Source of the DNA: Utricularia gibba
Taxonomy: Eukaryota > Plantae > Magnoliophyta
Direction: 5' to 3'
Assembly: GCA_002189035.1 (NCBI GenBank)
Contig: NEEC01000024.1
Location: 372,001-436,000, forward strand
Length of the DNA stretch: 64,000 nucleotides
Shown here in pieces: positions 23,258 through 36,904 of the stretch. The translations under genes were made by a program, and so were the position numbers. Each line of letters opens with the position of its first letter. Position 1 is the first letter of the stretch. The notes beneath the pieces were generated by a model that did no database searches, was not told the origin of the DNA, and saw only the letters and a program-made list of their open reading frames with translations.

Positions 23258-24169
23258 CGGAGAAGAAGATTGATTATCTCCTTGGAATTGGTTGGTTGAA
23301 ATGGAAGACGAGCAGAAAATGATAAATGTATCAGCGAAGGAAGTCAATGAAGTATGAAAGATGAAATGCACACCAATGAATATATACGTGTGCGTACTCG
23401 TCTTTGAATTCGTCAAACAAAGGGGGTTGCCTTGCCGGTGCAGTTATAAAGCGAAACCCGGTTCACAGTGATTTCAGAGGAGGACCGAGGGATGCGCTGT
23501 TTGTTCGTCACCGGGGACAGGGGACTGGTCAACAGCGGGAATTGGGGTTCCGACGCTACTCACAATTCATGATAATATATTGTGGAGATGATCCACCCAT
23601 CACCATCATTCTGCTTCTGAAATTGCACTGACTCGGTTCTGAAATGGTTTTCGCCGATGAACCGGTCTCCACCAACACGCGTTGACACGCTTTATGTCGA
23701 TTTGAGCTGGCCCAAATTTTTCCCAACCACCCATCGCAAAATAAGACGGAGGAGGAAGAATGGCGTCAAGTCTGAGCAGATATGAGCGGGAAGCTTGAGT
23801 TCTAAAATCCGCCCCATTGGTCTCCCGGGAAACACAGAAACGCAAACAACAGCATGTTGATTGTGGTTTTGTTTGCGTCTATGCATCCAGACACAAAGCC
23901 CAAGGGTGCTAGTTCTTGTTGCTGCGCACGATGTCATGCATTGGATGCATGGTGGGCTTGTCATACTTGGTGTTGTGATAAGTGGAGAAACTACATACAA
24001 TTCATTCTCTAATTCTTGGGGCTCTAACGTGAGGAGTGTAAATTGCTCAATAGAAGATACTTGTGAAGAAACAGAATCGTGAATAAGATGTTATTTTGGG
24101 TTATTACCCATTGCAATATTTACATAAGATTGTTCCTTTTATAGACAAGGATTTAATGACTGTCCACTA

Positions 24170-24420
24170 TACCTATGCTTGTGTATAGGCTGTCATTGCA
24201 AAAGTGTTGGGGAGTGTAGTGGGTGAGATGGGGCTTGTATAGAATTTGTCCACCTCATGGGTCTTTTGGAGTCCAACCCACTTTCCTTTTCACCTTCTAG
24301 AGTCCAGCCCACTTCCTCTTTCTCTTTCTCACCATGCTTGAGACTTTTCCGCCATTTTGATTGGTGTGTGTTACAGCGATGACCTGCTTCATTAGACATC
24401 TTATGGAAATTCAATACCCT
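24170..24420. repeat. Fragment of the Tat/Retand 3' internal region
   Basis: Similar to 46250-46420 and 52710-52860 (CACCTTCTAGAGTCCAGCC, AGACATCT). Confidence 0.55.
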
Positions 24421-24499
24421 TTCATGATGAAGTAGGTCGTTAAGATTTGGAAGGACTTGGATATGTAGTTCATAGCTTCCTTTGATTGAATTGTCTTCA

Positions 24500-25075
24500 C
24501 TTCATCCTTGAATTAGGGTTTGATAATTCAGATTTTTGAGAGAAGAAATACATCCTTTTTTCAGATCTTTCATGCAAAAATTTGATTGAGCTTCATTAGT
24601 ATCATTAGGAATCTGCAGTAAAGGTATTAGACCTAACTTATCTCGTAGTTGAAGGAATTGTTTGGGATACAACAATTTCGTCAAAATATTTTCCACTTGT
24701 CATTTAGTTGAAATATGCTCGAGCTTGATTAATTTCTCCTTGATTTAGTTTATCACCACATGGAAGTTTATTTGGATGTGCTTGGTTCTTCCAAAGAAAG
24801 CCAGATTGTTTCCGATAGCAATAGTTGATTTGTTGTCTAGAAATATTGTGCTTCACTTGTCAATGTAGAAATCCAGGTCCTTTAGCAGTTTGTGAATCCA
24901 CATAGTGTGATTAGAGGCGGTAGTAGCAGCTATATATTCAGCTTTGGATGATGATTGTACCACTATGGATTGTTTTTTGCTATTCCATGCAAATGCACAA
25001 CCACTTATTATAAAGAAATATCCACTTGTAGACTTCATGTCTTTATTATTACCTGCATAATTACTCTCATAATGT
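24500..25075 (-). mobile_element. Ty1/Copia RNase H remnant
   Basis: KSTSGYFFIISGCAFAWNSKKQSIVVQSSSKAEYIAA and TKHIQINFH. Confidence 0.8.
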
Positions 25076-25599
25076 CTTTATTATTATTCCCACCTTGGAG
25101 GAGAGTTCACCCCTCGCCTTGGCGTTCATGGGTTGCTATTATGCTCTTCATGTTGTTGAGGTTCAAAAGCCCTATTCTCATGCCACCCTAGCGCAAGCAC
25201 TGATTGCAAATGGTTTTCATTCGCTCCTGTGTGATTGTGCCTTCCTAAACCATGTTCCAACGCCATGCTGGTTAGTCCTAGGTCTAATAATGCACCTGTG
25301 GGTCCTTTTCGGAGAAGTTCCACACCTCGATTCAATCCCAACCATGCTGCTGTTCGTTCCTTGCATGCTCTTGATCAGATCCATCACTACGCCTTTGATA
25401 TGACCCTACACGTTCACGATTAGCAAAAGACATGCCTATACCTAGTTTTTCATTTGTTAGCAAAGCTGATCCAATAACCCTGTTTGGCTAGTGTATATTC
25501 CCGTCCACTATCTAGTTCAGACATTACCAGATAGTCCTCCTCATGCCTAGAATGCCTCCTAGAAATGTTTTCCTTGCGTTGTGCTTGTGCTTAATGATT

Positions 25600-26300
25600 T
25601 TCCAACCAAATTCTCCAATAGATCCGGTCAATTTCAAGTTCCAGTGGATATAGCTTAGTTGAAGCCTTATGCCTGCGCAAGCAACACTACTTAAAAGCAA
25701 CTACTTGCGCAAGTATGCTAAACAGAATGTCTTCAAAAAAATCTCAAAATAATCAGAAATGAAATCAAAAAAGAAATTTCAAAGGAATACAATTGCCCGG
25801 CAACGATGCCAAAAACTTGATGGTAATTCTACAAGTGTACAGAAATCATCGAAGTAATATATAAAGATCGTATCCACAGGAAATTGTAATTAGAATTTTC
25901 TTTTCAAAACAATGAATCAAAAGACCAAAAACAAAGTGAAAGAATGGTTTTAAAACTATAAAGAAAAGTGGCTTTGGATCTAGAATCCACCTTGCTTAAA
26001 ACTCGTCCTTGTGTGTGTGTAAACCTTGAGGACTAACCTGTTTGTACAAGTTTTGAGGGTGTCATTCTAAAATAGTGCTAATCAGTGACCATTATAGTAC
26101 TGTCCTTTGTTTAGTAGGATTATAGAATCAACCATGCCACCAGAATCATTTTGCCTCTTGTGATAACCCATGTTTTCCCCACACCCAAAGCTGACCTCAA
26201 CACCTCTCACGTCGTAGACAAATTAGACAGAATGTGTCTTACCAACAATGTCCAATTGAGTCCTTCTCCTTAGATGTTTGAGATCGATCTTTGATTCTTC
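25600..26300 (-). mobile_element. 3' end of an Athila-type LTR with tRNA-Asp PBS and leader (a different family from subfamilies 1 and 2)
   Basis: On the - strand, ...ACCATCA (25818) is followed by TGGCATCGTTGCCGGG (25796-25811), near-complementary to the tRNA-Asp 3' end. Confidence 0.7.
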
Positions 26301-26849
26301 CACACTCCTTTAAGGTTATATGGTACTAAAGATCACGTTGGTAAAGAAAATGTTGCGAAAAACAGAATCAAACCCCAAATTAAATGATGAAGAACATAGT
26401 AAGTCAGTCACATGTGCAGGACTTGCGCAAGTAAGGCTTCACTATAAATCCTTAACCACAAACGCTCACACGCACATGCTCGAATCTAAACAACAAAATT
26501 TTATGAAAAAAAAGGAAAAGAATCTAAAACATGCTCGACTCAACTCTAAACCCTAAAACTGCCTCAAATTCTCCGGACTTCGGGTTGCAGTCTTTTTATA
26601 TCGGTGAGGATTTGTCGAGCTTATTTGATAGACTCATATCAAATCTTCTATCTGAATCTTGAAAGATGTGATGCAAATCTTCTAGGATAAGATCCAAATC
26701 TTTCAAGATAAGATGCGAATCTTATCTTGTACGAGAATCTTTGATTGAGTCTTCATCCAAATAGATCAAATCTTTGCCTCCACCAAAGTCAATTAAAAAA
26801 TCCTCCAAATTATGTCTTTTGATTACTTTTCATGGAACCAATTTTCAAT

Positions 26850-29230
26850 CACAACATTTTGGCACCCACCGTGGGGCAAGATCAATTGTCCCACACTCGA
26901 GAATCCACAAAAGCTATCCGCCAACTACTTAACATGGCGAATATGAATATCGTTGTTAACACCAGCATTAAAGGAAGTGCCAATGTACAAGATCTTGGCA
27001 TGATGGTGATAAATTAGGAACAACTCAAGGTATTGATGACCAAAACATTCTCGGACGTCATCTGGACTGAACTCGAATGCATAGGAGGAAACCTCAGAGA
27101 TGGTGGGAAGGGCTAGAAAGGAACCAGTGGAGCAAGAATATCTCTAGGAGTCAGAGATGGAGTCGGAAATTGAAGAACATCTAAGGTAGAGAAAGAGGCG
27201 TGACAAATTATTTATGTACCAGGACTAGACAAGAAGGAGAAGGCTAGGAAATCTTGGATCGAAAGAGGATGAATTGAGGAGAGAGCTAGAGGAAATTCAG
27301 ATGAAAAAGAGAGAAATTGGTTTTCAAACAAATTGAACAACTCAGAAAACTCAGGGGTTTAAAGAAGCCTTCAAAAAAAATGTATGAATGGGATGCGGGG
27401 GTGTATTGACCTACATTGATTTGGCCTTGAAAAGTAGTACTGAGGAGCTAACATTAACAACGGCCTTGCGCTTCGACCCTATTTCGGATGACCTCATTGG
27501 GGAAGAACTTGAAAGAGGATTTAGAGTGCTAGACGGTTTGCTGATATATGATGGAAAGGGGGATCCTATATCTCATGTGATCGATTTTGATATGAGAATG
27601 GCAATAATTCAACATATTGAGGCCATGGAATGCAAAATGTTCACTTGCTCACTGTAGAGGAGAGCGAAGACTTGTTTTAAACAACTGGATCTGTGTATTG
27701 TCTATCTTACAGGGAGTTGGTGTTTCTCTTCACCAGTCAATATGCTTTCAATATTGAAGTCCCACCATCCAAGGTGACCCCGAAGTTGAAAATTGTATTT
27801 CCAACATCAATATATTGTGGTATTTATGAATCAGCCTTTGAAGAACATACTCTCTCACCTCAAAATAGTAGGAAGAATTGCCAAGTGGGCGGTTGAGTTA
27901 AGCACTATGGATATCGAATTTACCTTTAGAACGCAAATAAGGCCCAACTACTAGCTGATTTTGTTGTGAAAATGACAAGACCCACAGATTGGTTCATTAA
28001 GACTAACGATCAATGGTGTATGCATGTAAACAAATCAACATATAATGGAGCTATAGGAGGAATAGACATCAAGATCTTGGAAAGAGATCACATCTATCTT
28101 ATTATGAAGTTCTTATTTCCAACTATCAACAACATAGCCGAATATGAAGCTTTGATTGAAGGGATTAAGATGGCCAAAGAAATTGGGGTCCCAAAGCTTC
28201 ATATCTATATAGACTTCCGATTAGTGCAAGTCCAGTTCTCTGGTGAATTTGAGACTCACGATCCCATGATGGCCTTATATTGTGTTAAGGTGAAAGAGCA
28301 TGCGAAAACTTTCAAAGAATTCACATTATCACATGTAGCTCACAAACAGAACATATTGGCAGACAACATCGCTTGGTTTACTACTAGGTTTTAGGATTTG
28401 AGAGAAGAAGCATAGTAATTCAGTTACAAGACCAACCTTCAGTAACATTGCTAGCAGTTAATCACATCTCTTACCAACCCATGAACAATATCTCTCCTCA
28501 GCTAAACTCTTAGGAGGATTGGAGGGAACCATACATTCAGTTCCTAAAAATAGGGGAAACTTCCACTAGCATGTTGGAGGCTCGAAAATTGGAAGTTAGG
28601 GCAAGAAGGTATTTGGTGCTCGAGGGAGTTTTCTATAAGAAAGCTTTTTGTAGACCCTTGTTGACATGCATTGGGAGAGAGCACTCTCAGAAGCTTATTA
28701 CTGATTTGCATGAAGAGGAGTGCGGTACCCATATCGACATATGGTCCTTGTGTAGAAAGGCATTGAGGAGTGGATACCATTGGCCAACCATGAAACGTGA
28801 TATTATGGATTTGTTAAAGAAGTGCAAAGCATGCCAATATCACTCTCGCGCCCATTCGATTGATGGAGAGTAGACATTATGGGACCCTTCCCCCAGACGT
28901 CCGGTCAAAGAAAGTTCATGATTGTGGCAATTGAATACTTCTTCTAATGCGTGGAAGTAGAAGCTCTGGCCAAAATATCAAAAGAAACCGTTATCTACTT
29001 TTTATGGAGAAATGTCTCATCTAGTTTGGAATACCCCATGAGTTGGTAATAAATAATGAAACTCAATTTGCAGAGGGCAAGATGGATGCTTTCTTAGACA
29101 TATATTCCATCAAACACAATTTCACCTCAGTATATCATCCATAGAGCAATGTTCTTAGAGAAGTCACGAATCGGACACTTCGACAAGGCATAAAAACTAA
29201 ACTTGAAGTTTTCAGTGGGTTTATGGTTAT
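26850..29230 (+). mobile_element. Tat/Retand Ty3/Gypsy remnant: LTR end, tRNA-Lys PBS, gag, additional RNase H, integrase
   Basis: CACAACA|TTT TGGCACCCACCGTGGGGC (26860-26877). Gag YDGKGDPISHV. Extra RNase H NNIAEYEALIEGIKMA. Integrase zinc finger DLHEEECGTH...GYHWPTMKRD...CKAC. Confidence 0.85.
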
Positions 29231-29329
29231 ATCACACAACTCTTTGGACCACCATGGATAAATCTCAGTTTTGAATGGTGTATTGATAAGTGTCATTTTA
29301 TACTTATTTAATATGTATGATTATGTGTT

Positions 29330-31900
29330 AATTTAAGATTAAGTCACCCAAATGAGGAGCTATATTAATAAGTATTTTATTTTACTAGAAAATACTAATT
29401 ATTATTATTTATCCATATTTTTGTATTGTTTTCATGTAGTTTCACCCAAAGTGGCAGGAGATAGTCTTGGAGTGTTGCATGAGGCTAACTGGAGAGTAGA
29501 CACCAACGTTTCATGACTTATACGCAACTTGCAGCAATTTGAGCGGAAGACTGATACTAGTCAAGGTCCATGATTTACGATATGTCAAAGTCTATATTAA
29601 TGATTGAGTGCTTATTTGCACGAATGGTAAAGCTAGCTGCACATGCAAAATAGAAAGAATGATGGAGAAAGAGCAGAGGAAGTTAATGCACATGAGAGTG
29701 AATCAAAGAAAAATTGGAACACTTTGAATGGGACTTTACTCCCTTTTATTTTTCACACTAGAACTTGTTCTTTCCTCTTCATTTAAGGAAGGAAGAACAC
29801 TTTACCTTTCTGCTTTCGAATTCTGTTTTCATGGCTATTCATGGCTAAACCTTTTTAGTTTCTGTGAGTAGATGAAGTTCCCTTCAATGTCTTGAGCACC
29901 AATCTTGGTTCTTTACTGAATTTCTTCCAGATTTTGCATATTTATGTAACGTCTCCAGGTCACGATCTATGAGTAGCAGGCCATTCCTCACGGATTTTTA
30001 TAAAGAGCAAGGTGAAAAGTATCATCTCCAAACCTATCGGTTTGAGGGAGATAGTGAATTGTCTGTGATCAGGATACCGCTATAATAGATGGGTAATGAC
30101 GCTGATAAGGCTTTAAATCGAGAACGGGTTATAGGACCCAATTTGTAGGGTTCAGTACAAGTTGTTCATTAAATAGAGTAGAAAAAAAAAAGAGAAAATA
30201 TAGGAGAGAGAGTAGCCTCCAGGCAGCACTCCAATAGCCTCCAGGCTATAAGTACTCGTTCAATTTCAGCCTCTCCTTGGCAGTAGGGTATATGCCTTAA
30301 GTTCAGCACTTGGGTTGGGCTTGTTCTTCTTCTTGTAAGTGGTGGGCTCGGTCCATGGAGTAAGGTCCACATCACACATAGAATTTGATTTTAAGGGAAT
30401 TCGATGACAATCCTCTTGTCTTTTCAATCGTCCAAGGGGGAATCACATGAGGCTATTCCCATACTTCTTTGTCAATCAGAGTGTAAGGGAGAGTAGGCTA
30501 TTCCTTGCTTTTATAACCAATTATTTGGAAGAAATTAGTGAAAGCTGAGGCGAGGATGGACAACGGAGAAATTGGAAACTCTTTCCCCTTTACTTATGGT
30601 GTAAGAAACTGCTTCTCTTATTCAAGGTCCATTACTTACGTTGTATTTTGAATTTCAATAGTCTTAAAACCCCCTTTTATAAACCCATGATGATTTGTAA
30701 AAGTTTAGCGTAAAACACTTTTCGCAAAACTCAACTCCGTGAGATCGAAAAGTGTACTACACTTATTTATGTTTTTACGTTTTTCAAATTTAGAATTTGT
30801 TGAGGAAGCAACATGTAACAATTGTTTGGTGCCGTTGCCGGAGAGTTGTGTATTTTCGTGTTTGGTGTTGAGTATAGTTTTTCTTTTTCTTTCTTCTTGT
30901 TTTTTTTTTTTTTTGTCTCTATTTTGATGTTGTATTTTTTGGTTTTTATGCATTCATCTCCACTGAAGAGCCACCAAAGGTTGAGATTGTAATGAGAATC
31001 CTTGTGTCCGTTAGATGTAGAGATTGAGTGCATATTTTTGGTGAAAAGAGAGAGAAAATTTTTAGTTCATCTGTTGACAAAGAAATGGCCACTCAACCAT
31101 CTACTAGAGTCCCCATAGTTCGTGAAGAATAGTAGCATCAACATCCTCAAATTTTTCCTATTGTATCAATCGCCAATCATGGCCTAGGAATAAGAACAAT
31201 TAAAGAGGAAATCACCGCAAGCCTTGCTGACTGACCACTTTACAACACTTTTTACATGGAAGAGGACTTTGAGCTATACCCATATCTATTCCAGACACTT
31301 ACTAAGTTTTTTGGGAGAGAGAATGACAACCCGAATCACCATTTACGAGAGTTGCCCACGACTTGTGCATCCATGCACCCAAAGGAAGCAACGAAGAACC
31401 AAGTCAAGCTGTGGCTCTTCCCCTTAAATCTCAATGAGCGAGCCTTGGAGTGGCTGTATGGTCTACCAACATGCTCTATTGCAATCTGGGAACAAATGGT
31501 TCAAAAATTTCTTGATAGATATGTGCCCCTAGGGAGAGCCTCATTGGAAGAAGAGCTATAGCCACTATTCAAAAAAGTGAAGGAGATAATTTGCAAGAGT
31601 ATTATGATAGATTCAATTGTATTTGCAACACTTATCTACAACATGGACTTACGAAAAGCCAAATCTTGCAGCATTTTTACAAATGACTGACCCACATGAT
31701 TAGAGGACAAATAGATGCTACTTGTAAAATCAATGCACAAAGTGGTAAAACACTACAGCTAAGTAAGCAATGCTGAATTGAAAACATTTGAGCTTCAGTC
31801 TTTGGAAGAAAAACATCAAAATATATACTCAACTCGGGCAACAAGTTGGTGTGCTGAAGGAAATTCTCAAAAGGAGACTTGAGTCCTCTGGAGCATCCAA
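29330..31900 (+). mobile_element. Athila-type 5' LTR (subfamily 1), tRNA-Asp PBS and gag remnant
   Basis: LTR ends ...CATGTAACA at 30820. PBS TGGTGCCGTTGCCGG at 30827-30841. Gag FELYP...FFGRENDNPNHHL...KLWLFPLNLNERALEWLYGLP. Confidence 0.85.
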
Positions 31901-32170
31901 ACACAAAGTTATGTTGGGAAACTGGAATGCAATTGGGAAGGCCCCTACTCCATCGTGAAGGTACTCAATAAGGGGCCATGTCTATGAGATTTCAGAATTA
32001 GAATTGGAATAAGAGGAAAAGAAAAGGTAGAATAGAGAAAGATCATACATAAACAATGACCAATTGGAAAGCATTATGTATTTTAGTAAGTTTATGATGA
32101 CAAAGATAAAACATGCAGCATGATCAATCAGAGAACACCGCATGTAAATATGGTATTGACATGTGTTTCA

Positions 32171-33670
32171 TGTTGGGTTTCTCGTAGACATCGTATGTCT
32201 CAAAAGCAGCGGAATTTTAAAATTTTGAGAAACCCCCAACGCAGATCTTGGAATACGGTATACATCAGACTAAGGGATGCTGAAATACCTTTCAAATGAC
32301 TCTGTTGTTCACCAACCGCCAATAGGAGACGGCCTCTATGGTATCCAAACGTGGAGCACTCCGTCGATAACCTTCTCAAGGCTCTTGAATGCTGGTCGAA
32401 TTCCTTAGGTATTAGTAGAGAAAAACGCCTCCTTGTGGATTAGTCTCTGAAAGCACGAAGACCCTTGGAGTAGATCTAAAGATCTAAATTTTTTGATAGA
32501 TATATGGTAACATATCAAATCATATCTCCGTAAAGATTTTATCTTGTGGAGATATGTATATGTTCGAAATCTTATCTATATATGATCTTTTATTTTGAGT
32601 TTAATCAATATTAATCTCAAAATAACTCTCAATTTAATTTATCCACTTTACCAATTACATCTCATGTAATTGTGTCATTCTATTTTATATCGTTGAGTGA
32701 CTCCACTATTATGTGTGACCCTATAGGCTTCTTCAATCAAGGCCTTAATAATGGATTTATTAATTAACTCTTAATTAATCAAATCCATCATTATCGATCA
32801 TGAGTGATGTCTAGCAACATATCATGATCCCCAGGATGTAAGAATAATCAGGTGAACTGATTGAGCCTTTCCATGACCAGCCACCATGCAATGAACAGCT
32901 TTCATCATACTTATATCTCATTCGATACTAGAACATGGGTGTGTGTCTTTCTGATGTATCGAACTTATAATTGCATTCAAGCACTAATACTCAATGACCT
33001 ACTCAAACAATTCGAGTGTCATTACCCTGAGCCTAGGACTTACTGTTAGGCTTTGATGCAATTACTTGAGATATGATCTCATTGCTAACATGAGTGATGA
33101 ATCCTTTATTGATCAATCAACTATCTCCAAACTTAAGGAGTCACATCCCTACTCATCCATATTAGGCAAGCCATGGTTAGGCTCCCATTAGTAATGAGCG
33201 AAAATGTGAGCTTAAGATCAAGATAACTTTGTTGACCTCAAATCTAAGCTTAATTGCACGGCTGTCATATTCAAGATCTTGCTACTGACACTTGGTTAGC
33301 TTCCCATAGTAGCATCTCGAAGATGAGTCATCCAGTGATTCGATTCTCTAATCGACACCCACACATAGGTTCTAGTAATCTCATTACATCAATTGTGAGA
33401 ACCATTGCCTAAACTGTTTAGGGAACTCAATGTGTGCCAGCTTATTCGTATTTGTGATATCTTAATTTCACAAATACTCTAGCTAGGGAGTTTTTAACTT
33501 GACCATGAGTGCTTGAAGAATCTCACATTATGATCTCATCATAATTTCTATAGCACATAGATCAAGTAGAGGATTTTATCAATGATATAAATTTGATCAC
33601 AATTCAAAGTAAATATCATAAGATAAGATTGGCCAATGAGTTGATTGTCTCTAGAACACATACACTAACA
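32171..33670 (-). mobile_element. Angela-like Copia solo LTR, 1500 bp, with TSD TTTCA
   Basis: TG...CA termini. TTTCA at 32166-32170 and 33671-33675. Confidence 0.95.
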
Positions 33671-35099
33671 TTTCATGCAGAATAAGAAAGTGCCATGTTT
33701 TTTTATTGTGGTGACGTGTCTTGTTTACAAATAAGCATGATTAATGCTATAAAGAGAAGATACGTGATGGGGAAAAACATTTTGGATAGAAAAAAAAACA
33801 TAGGGGATTGAAGTTCGATTTGTTGAGAGCTATGTAGCAGTTTCAAGATAATGGAATTTCCCAAGCTTATAGCATAGTTGTATACAAAGGTTTGGCTTTG
33901 GAAGGAGCCAATTCGGACAATATGTGCAGGATGCTAGGTTCTAAATTTTTTGTTGTATGTTCTACGTGCAAATATGTGCTTTCGTGATTGTCTATGTGTT
34001 TCATTGTTTTTTTGGCTATGATTCATTAGGTATGCGGAACGTGACCTTTATATCTTTATATTTTGGTTATGTCTCAAAAGGATTTATCGATTTGGAGATG
34101 GGAGCAGAATGTTATGAGTTTGCTTTTGAAACCTTTAAAATCTACCGAGCCACAAAATCTAGTTTTTGAGTCGAAGTTCTAATTTTTAAACTTTCTATTG
34201 GATGCTCAATCTTCTGTGATTTCTATATGAAACCTGCTCCTTAGCTTTCAAATGGTTCATTTGGTAATTTTAAACAAGGAAAAGTTCATAAAATATGACC
34301 TGGTGCTCATGTATAGGTGATATGTTATGAGATTAAGGTGCAATGCTTTAAAGTAGAAAACTTATGGGGGTGCTGTGGACATATACTTCACTATGTCAAG
34401 CATGCTTGAGACAACTCCTTATGGAGTGTTCATGGCCAGACGATATGAGGTTTAGAAATTGAGAAGGAAAAAGGGCAAAGTGGCTGCAACCGTGTAGAGT
34501 TAGTAAAGGTGGTGGCATCCCTCTATTGATTCCATGGGGTAAAAGCCAAAAAAACCTCTTGATCTGGGTCATAAGGAAAGGGATCTCATTGTTGATCATT
34601 TTGGTATCTCTTGATTGTGGAGCTAGGTTGCTGTTCGGAGTGGAGCTCGCCTCCAAACTAGTCCTTATGTTTCTAGGTTGTTTTTGTGAGTCTTTTAAAT
34701 GTTGAGTTTATGTAGGGAGTTGTTTCTGTTAAATTAAATATGTTGTCCATCATGCTTTATAGTGGTTATGTGAATTACTTTCTTTTTTTTATCTCTTCCT
34801 ATATGATGTTCCCTAAACTATATCCAATCCCTCTATGAGTGTAAGTTAATAGGATAATAGGGCTTTATGTACCTTCTTTGGGAAAAAGACATCAAGGCCT
34901 ATGTTCATAAGGTGTGAATATAGGCCTTGAATTCCAAAGATCGAAGAATGCAATACATTTGAGAAAGTTGGATGTGTGATCAAAATGCTGTTGAAATACC
35001 TTTTGGATTTCAACTATTTCGGCAATCTCTACCTAAGATCTATCCTTCTGCTTGCGCAACTGGACACCTTACAAGCAACGAATAATTCCTCTGCAATAT

Positions 35100-36900
35100 T
35101 AGAGAAGAGAAAACAAGATAGAAAAACCCTAGCAAGGTGATCTAAACCCAGGCATACTAAACAAATTCATACATTTACGTGTTTTGGCTACTCCATTGCG
35201 GGCACCCCCCGAAAACACACAACCCCTTAAAACCCAGGCATCTCTAACATAAGTAAGCCCTCACAAAAATTGGGCACTGGTTCTGATAGACACATGCGTA
35301 AGCATAAAAAAAGCCCTAAGTAAAGATCACACTACCGAATCTTGAGACGATAAGTGCACCCAAAGAAAATCTGACTGTGTTCCAAAAACATAGAAAACTT
35401 GGCTAGAAGAGGGTCTATTCAGATTGGAGAAGTGACTCAACCCATGAGGGGTTTCGACTCACTTCTCAGCAATAGTTCAGCACATGTAAGAAAAAACTTA
35501 GGCAACTAATTAAAGCAAGCAATGGCACAATAGAGAGCAAAACGGTAGAGAGAAAATGGAACTCCCAAATCAAATGAAAACATCCCAAATTGGGTCAGTA
35601 CAAATCAAGCCCTCAAAACGGGGCAAAACAGCTAATTTTGTTTCAAGTTCAAACATAAACATTCAAGGGAGGGGATCGGGGAAAAGGCTGACATGCCTGT
35701 TTAACCTTGAAGATAACCTTCCAACATTCTCTTCATTGATCCTCTCTAGGATAATGGCCTTCAACAGCGTCAAGTCAGCCCCCAATCTGAATTCCGAAAC
35801 CTCGAACAAATCCAGTCAGGCACGCTGAATGTTCTCATCCTTTTCAAGCAGAGAAATCTGCATCCAGCAAGGGTTGGTAATCGAAAGACTGAATATTATG
35901 ACCATCTGGTGCAACTGCAATATTGGAGTAGACCAATCAGACCCACCTTCACAGAGATCAAACAGTTCCAAAAAGCAGGTCGAGCAAACAAAAGCATTCG
36001 ACATTTCGCGGGAAGCTGATTCTTGATTGCAATGTTTTGCCTCCATAAAAAAAATGCGATCTTTTGCATGCATAAGGTCCGAGTTGGCCATCTAAATCCC
36101 TGCAGTCAAGCCCTCCTTCTTGGAGAATCATCGATCGCCTTCCTCATTTTTGCTACAATAGCTTCTCACTCCGATTCATGATGGGAGCATTCACCCATGA
36201 TCTCTTTAAGAGAGCTCTATTTGTCCCGCAAATGCTCTACTTCCATGTCCTTTGCCGCAGTCATGGCCTGGAGCTCCGTGACCCACACTAAGGGATTCAA
36301 GCTCTCTTGCCAACTGGCATCCAAGAGATAGTCCCTTAAAGAGGCAACAACTCAATTACAAAGTTGAACTACCTGAAATCAGAAAAGCTAAAGAAAAGTT
36401 GATTTCTTTCGAGCCTGGAAGTTTGCCAACATTGAGAGAAAGTGGCATTTTTTCTTTCCCGTTCCTAGTGGCAGCTGATGCTACATGAGTAGCGGGAACC
36501 GGATCCCAATTTTTGGAAGTTTCAGAACCCCCGTCTCCTTCTTGGAGATAATCAACACTATTAGACTCAACACCAAGAGTGTGAGCCTAAAGGAAGAATC
36601 AAAGTCAAACTAGGAATTAGAAAACTGGAGCTAGCATAAAGGGAAAACAAACCTCCGAATAGGGGCATACACTAAATTCCTAAACTTCATGCATCTTAGC
36701 ATGAGATTCATAATGAACGTAACTCTTGGTAAGCCTTCGATACATGACTCAGAAAAACTCTTTAGAAGGCTGATTAGGGCCCAAAATCTTTATTTTGAAA
36801 CGAATAAGGTGGTCAACAGGAAAATTCCACCTAGAACCTAATGGAGACGCGACTAAAACATCATATGACCACTAGTCATGGTGGATATCGGGGCCTTTGT
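35100..36900 (-). mobile_element. Tat/Retand 3' internal region with antisense ORF remnant
   Basis: Colinear with 62150-63470 (CCCATGAGGGGTTTCGA, CCACTAGTCATGGTGG). Encodes FVCSTCFLELFDL. Confidence 0.7.
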
Positions 36901-36904
36901 TAAC

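Noticed and set aside
16900-24200. Idea that the SPOC-BED and VQ genes sit inside a Pack-MULE or hAT element
   Set aside because: No matching second TIR or TSD was found for the MULE-like stretch at 16960-17085, and no hAT catalytic or dimerisation domain was seen.
25080-25560. Possible CRM/Gypsy gag fragment on the - strand (FSEKDPQVHY)
   Set aside because: The resemblance is weak and interrupted by stops, so it cannot be supported without a search.
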